DNA of 63,287 nt, the filler included, from Collodictyon triciliatum (taxonomy: Eukaryota): NCBI GenBank assembly GCA_043381765.1. It is 9 parts of 9 records of this genome, joined end to end, with 100 filler letters (N's around TTAATTAATTAA, not from the genome) between each part and the next. Parts side by side here need not be neighbours in the genome. Positions count along the whole stretch, not along the records: positions 57,591 to 63,287 come from JBHJMP010004217.1; 8 more parts are not named here. The stretch is one strand, 5' to 3'. The position numbers were made by a program, and so were the translations under genes. Below are positions 61,965 to 63,287 of this stretch, piece after piece. Within the stretch, counting starts at the first letter, position 1. Every line of letters begins with the position of its first letter. The notes under the pieces are model-generated. The model was not told the DNA's origin, ran no database searches, and saw nothing but the letters and a program-made list of their open reading frames with translations.

Positions 61965-62905
61965 TTAGCCCAATTACCGTTTGTTGAGATGAAGATAAGA
62001 ACTCTTTCCTCGAGACTTTGGAAGATAAAAGCGCGTGTACATCAGCCATATTAACTTTCATCTCTACTTCTTCCATTGTCGGCCTACGGTTCATCTATTT
62101 ATTTATTATTTATTTAGTGCCAATGATAAGCCATTAGATGAATGTTTTTAATATATATGATTAAGCTTTCACTAGTAACGCACTATGGCAAAATAACAAG
62201 GGTAAAGTACCTCTTTGGAGAGTTCGATATGTAGGTCTTTGGCCATAGACTCTACAAGGTCCACAACATCCCTGCACGTGTATTTTAAGCGAGAGAATAT
62301 ATTTCATCCACAAATCAGTTGAATTCAAAGATTTGCTAGTGAGGGACAGCGAGAAGAATAACACAACTAAATAATAATCATAACAGCGGTAATGATATAA
62401 AAACTTGAATGACGAAGCAAAACATTCATCAAATCACCTCTTCAGTGCCCTCTGCTGCATTAGTTGTGTAACAGTCTCAATATCAGCTTTTCGGCTAAGA
62501 ATTTCATTAAGCTCGGTGATATTTGGCTTCATTAGTAGGGACTCGTCAAATTCAGTTTTACCAACTTTTTTCTGAAGTGCTGCTATTACACTTTGTTTAT
62601 TTGCTTTCTGATTTAAAGCTTCATTTACCTAATAATTATAAAATCAGATAATTAATTGTATCGGGTGGGGGAGGGGCGTACAGTATAAAGATATTAGCGT
62701 CATCCCAAAAAAGAAATATGACACAAGGCAGACTACTTGAAGATAATTAAAAAGAAGAAAGAAGCAACTACATGATCGATGTTTGCCTTTGTTTCAAGTA
62801 AACGATTGATTTCCAGGCTATTTGCTTTCATATCCAAGATACGATGCATGTCAGATGAGTTTGCCTTCAAAGAGAGCAATTCATGCACCTCTCGCATGGA
62901 GATCT
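57965..62905 (-). CDS. Long coiled-coil protein with repeated LxxKA(D/N) helices and a C-terminal C1q/TNF-like beta domain; many exons, 5' end uncertain
   Basis: Repeated LNQKANK, LSRKADI, LKEKADL and LDQKANI. C-terminus GRW..KSGKLKAGNLVPWNVQSVNT..AGLYEITFGFY..PTIQLLVNGEP..EGFLGLRKL*. Confidence 0.7.
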
Positions 62906-63287
62906 GGAAGCGAAGTTTTTGAAGAAACTTAGAAAGCGAAGAATATCCGGATATAAAAACGAACGAAGAGGACGGATTAGCAAGGAATGAAAGGGAAGGG
63001 CCGTCATATCATTCAAGGATGGATGTCAGTCCTGTATAGTGATCCTAAAAATTGCATGCCTTCTCGTCCAAGTCTACTCGCAGATTATCAAGTGATCTTG
63101 AGACTTGGTCCAGTAGAGTGGAATAATCATTGGCAGAGGCCTTATTTTCCAACATTCTCTGAACCTCTGCTGTACTGGCCTTAAAGTTGAGTGCGACCTA
63201 TTGTGGCAAAAAAAAAAAAAAAAAAAATTTTTTTTTTTTTTATAAAAATATTTTTTTTTTTTTAACCTTTATTTAAATTTTTTTTTT

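Overview
Eukaryotic (protist-like) DNA: AT-rich, GT-AG intron-rich and microsatellite-rich, with the standard genetic code. It is not one locus. Nine ~7.1-kb contigs are joined by artificial 100-nt spacers (44 N + TTAATTAATTAA + 44 N), so neighbourhood across spacers means nothing. Contig contents: (1) an intronless >2060-aa NLR-like protein (NACHT, pentapeptide, 14 near-identical WD40 repeats with hypervariable loops, 8 Sel1-like units). (2) A duplicated multi-TM protein, a POF1-like nucleotidyltransferase, a candidate structured ncRNA and PIG-O. (3) The PSMA3 3' end, a GGCT-like gene, and a 5-exon Roco gene (LRR-ROC-COR-(PKKEE)18-non-RD kinase-SAM-like). (4) The C-terminal part of an RNF213-like E3 ligase with a variant RZ finger that the ORF track missed, plus an unknown gene. 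(5) A tiny poly-MIU protein, PEX11, a twin-CX9C protein and a decayed Fanzor1 (eukaryotic TnpB-like RNA-guided nuclease) element with a candidate omegaRNA. (6) A LINE ORF1-like relic, an SR-rich protein and a Frizzled/Smoothened-like GPCR. (7) CABIN1. (8) Two tandem sulfotransferases. (9) A coiled-coil protein with a C1q-like end. All family calls come from motif recognition by eye; no database searches were run.
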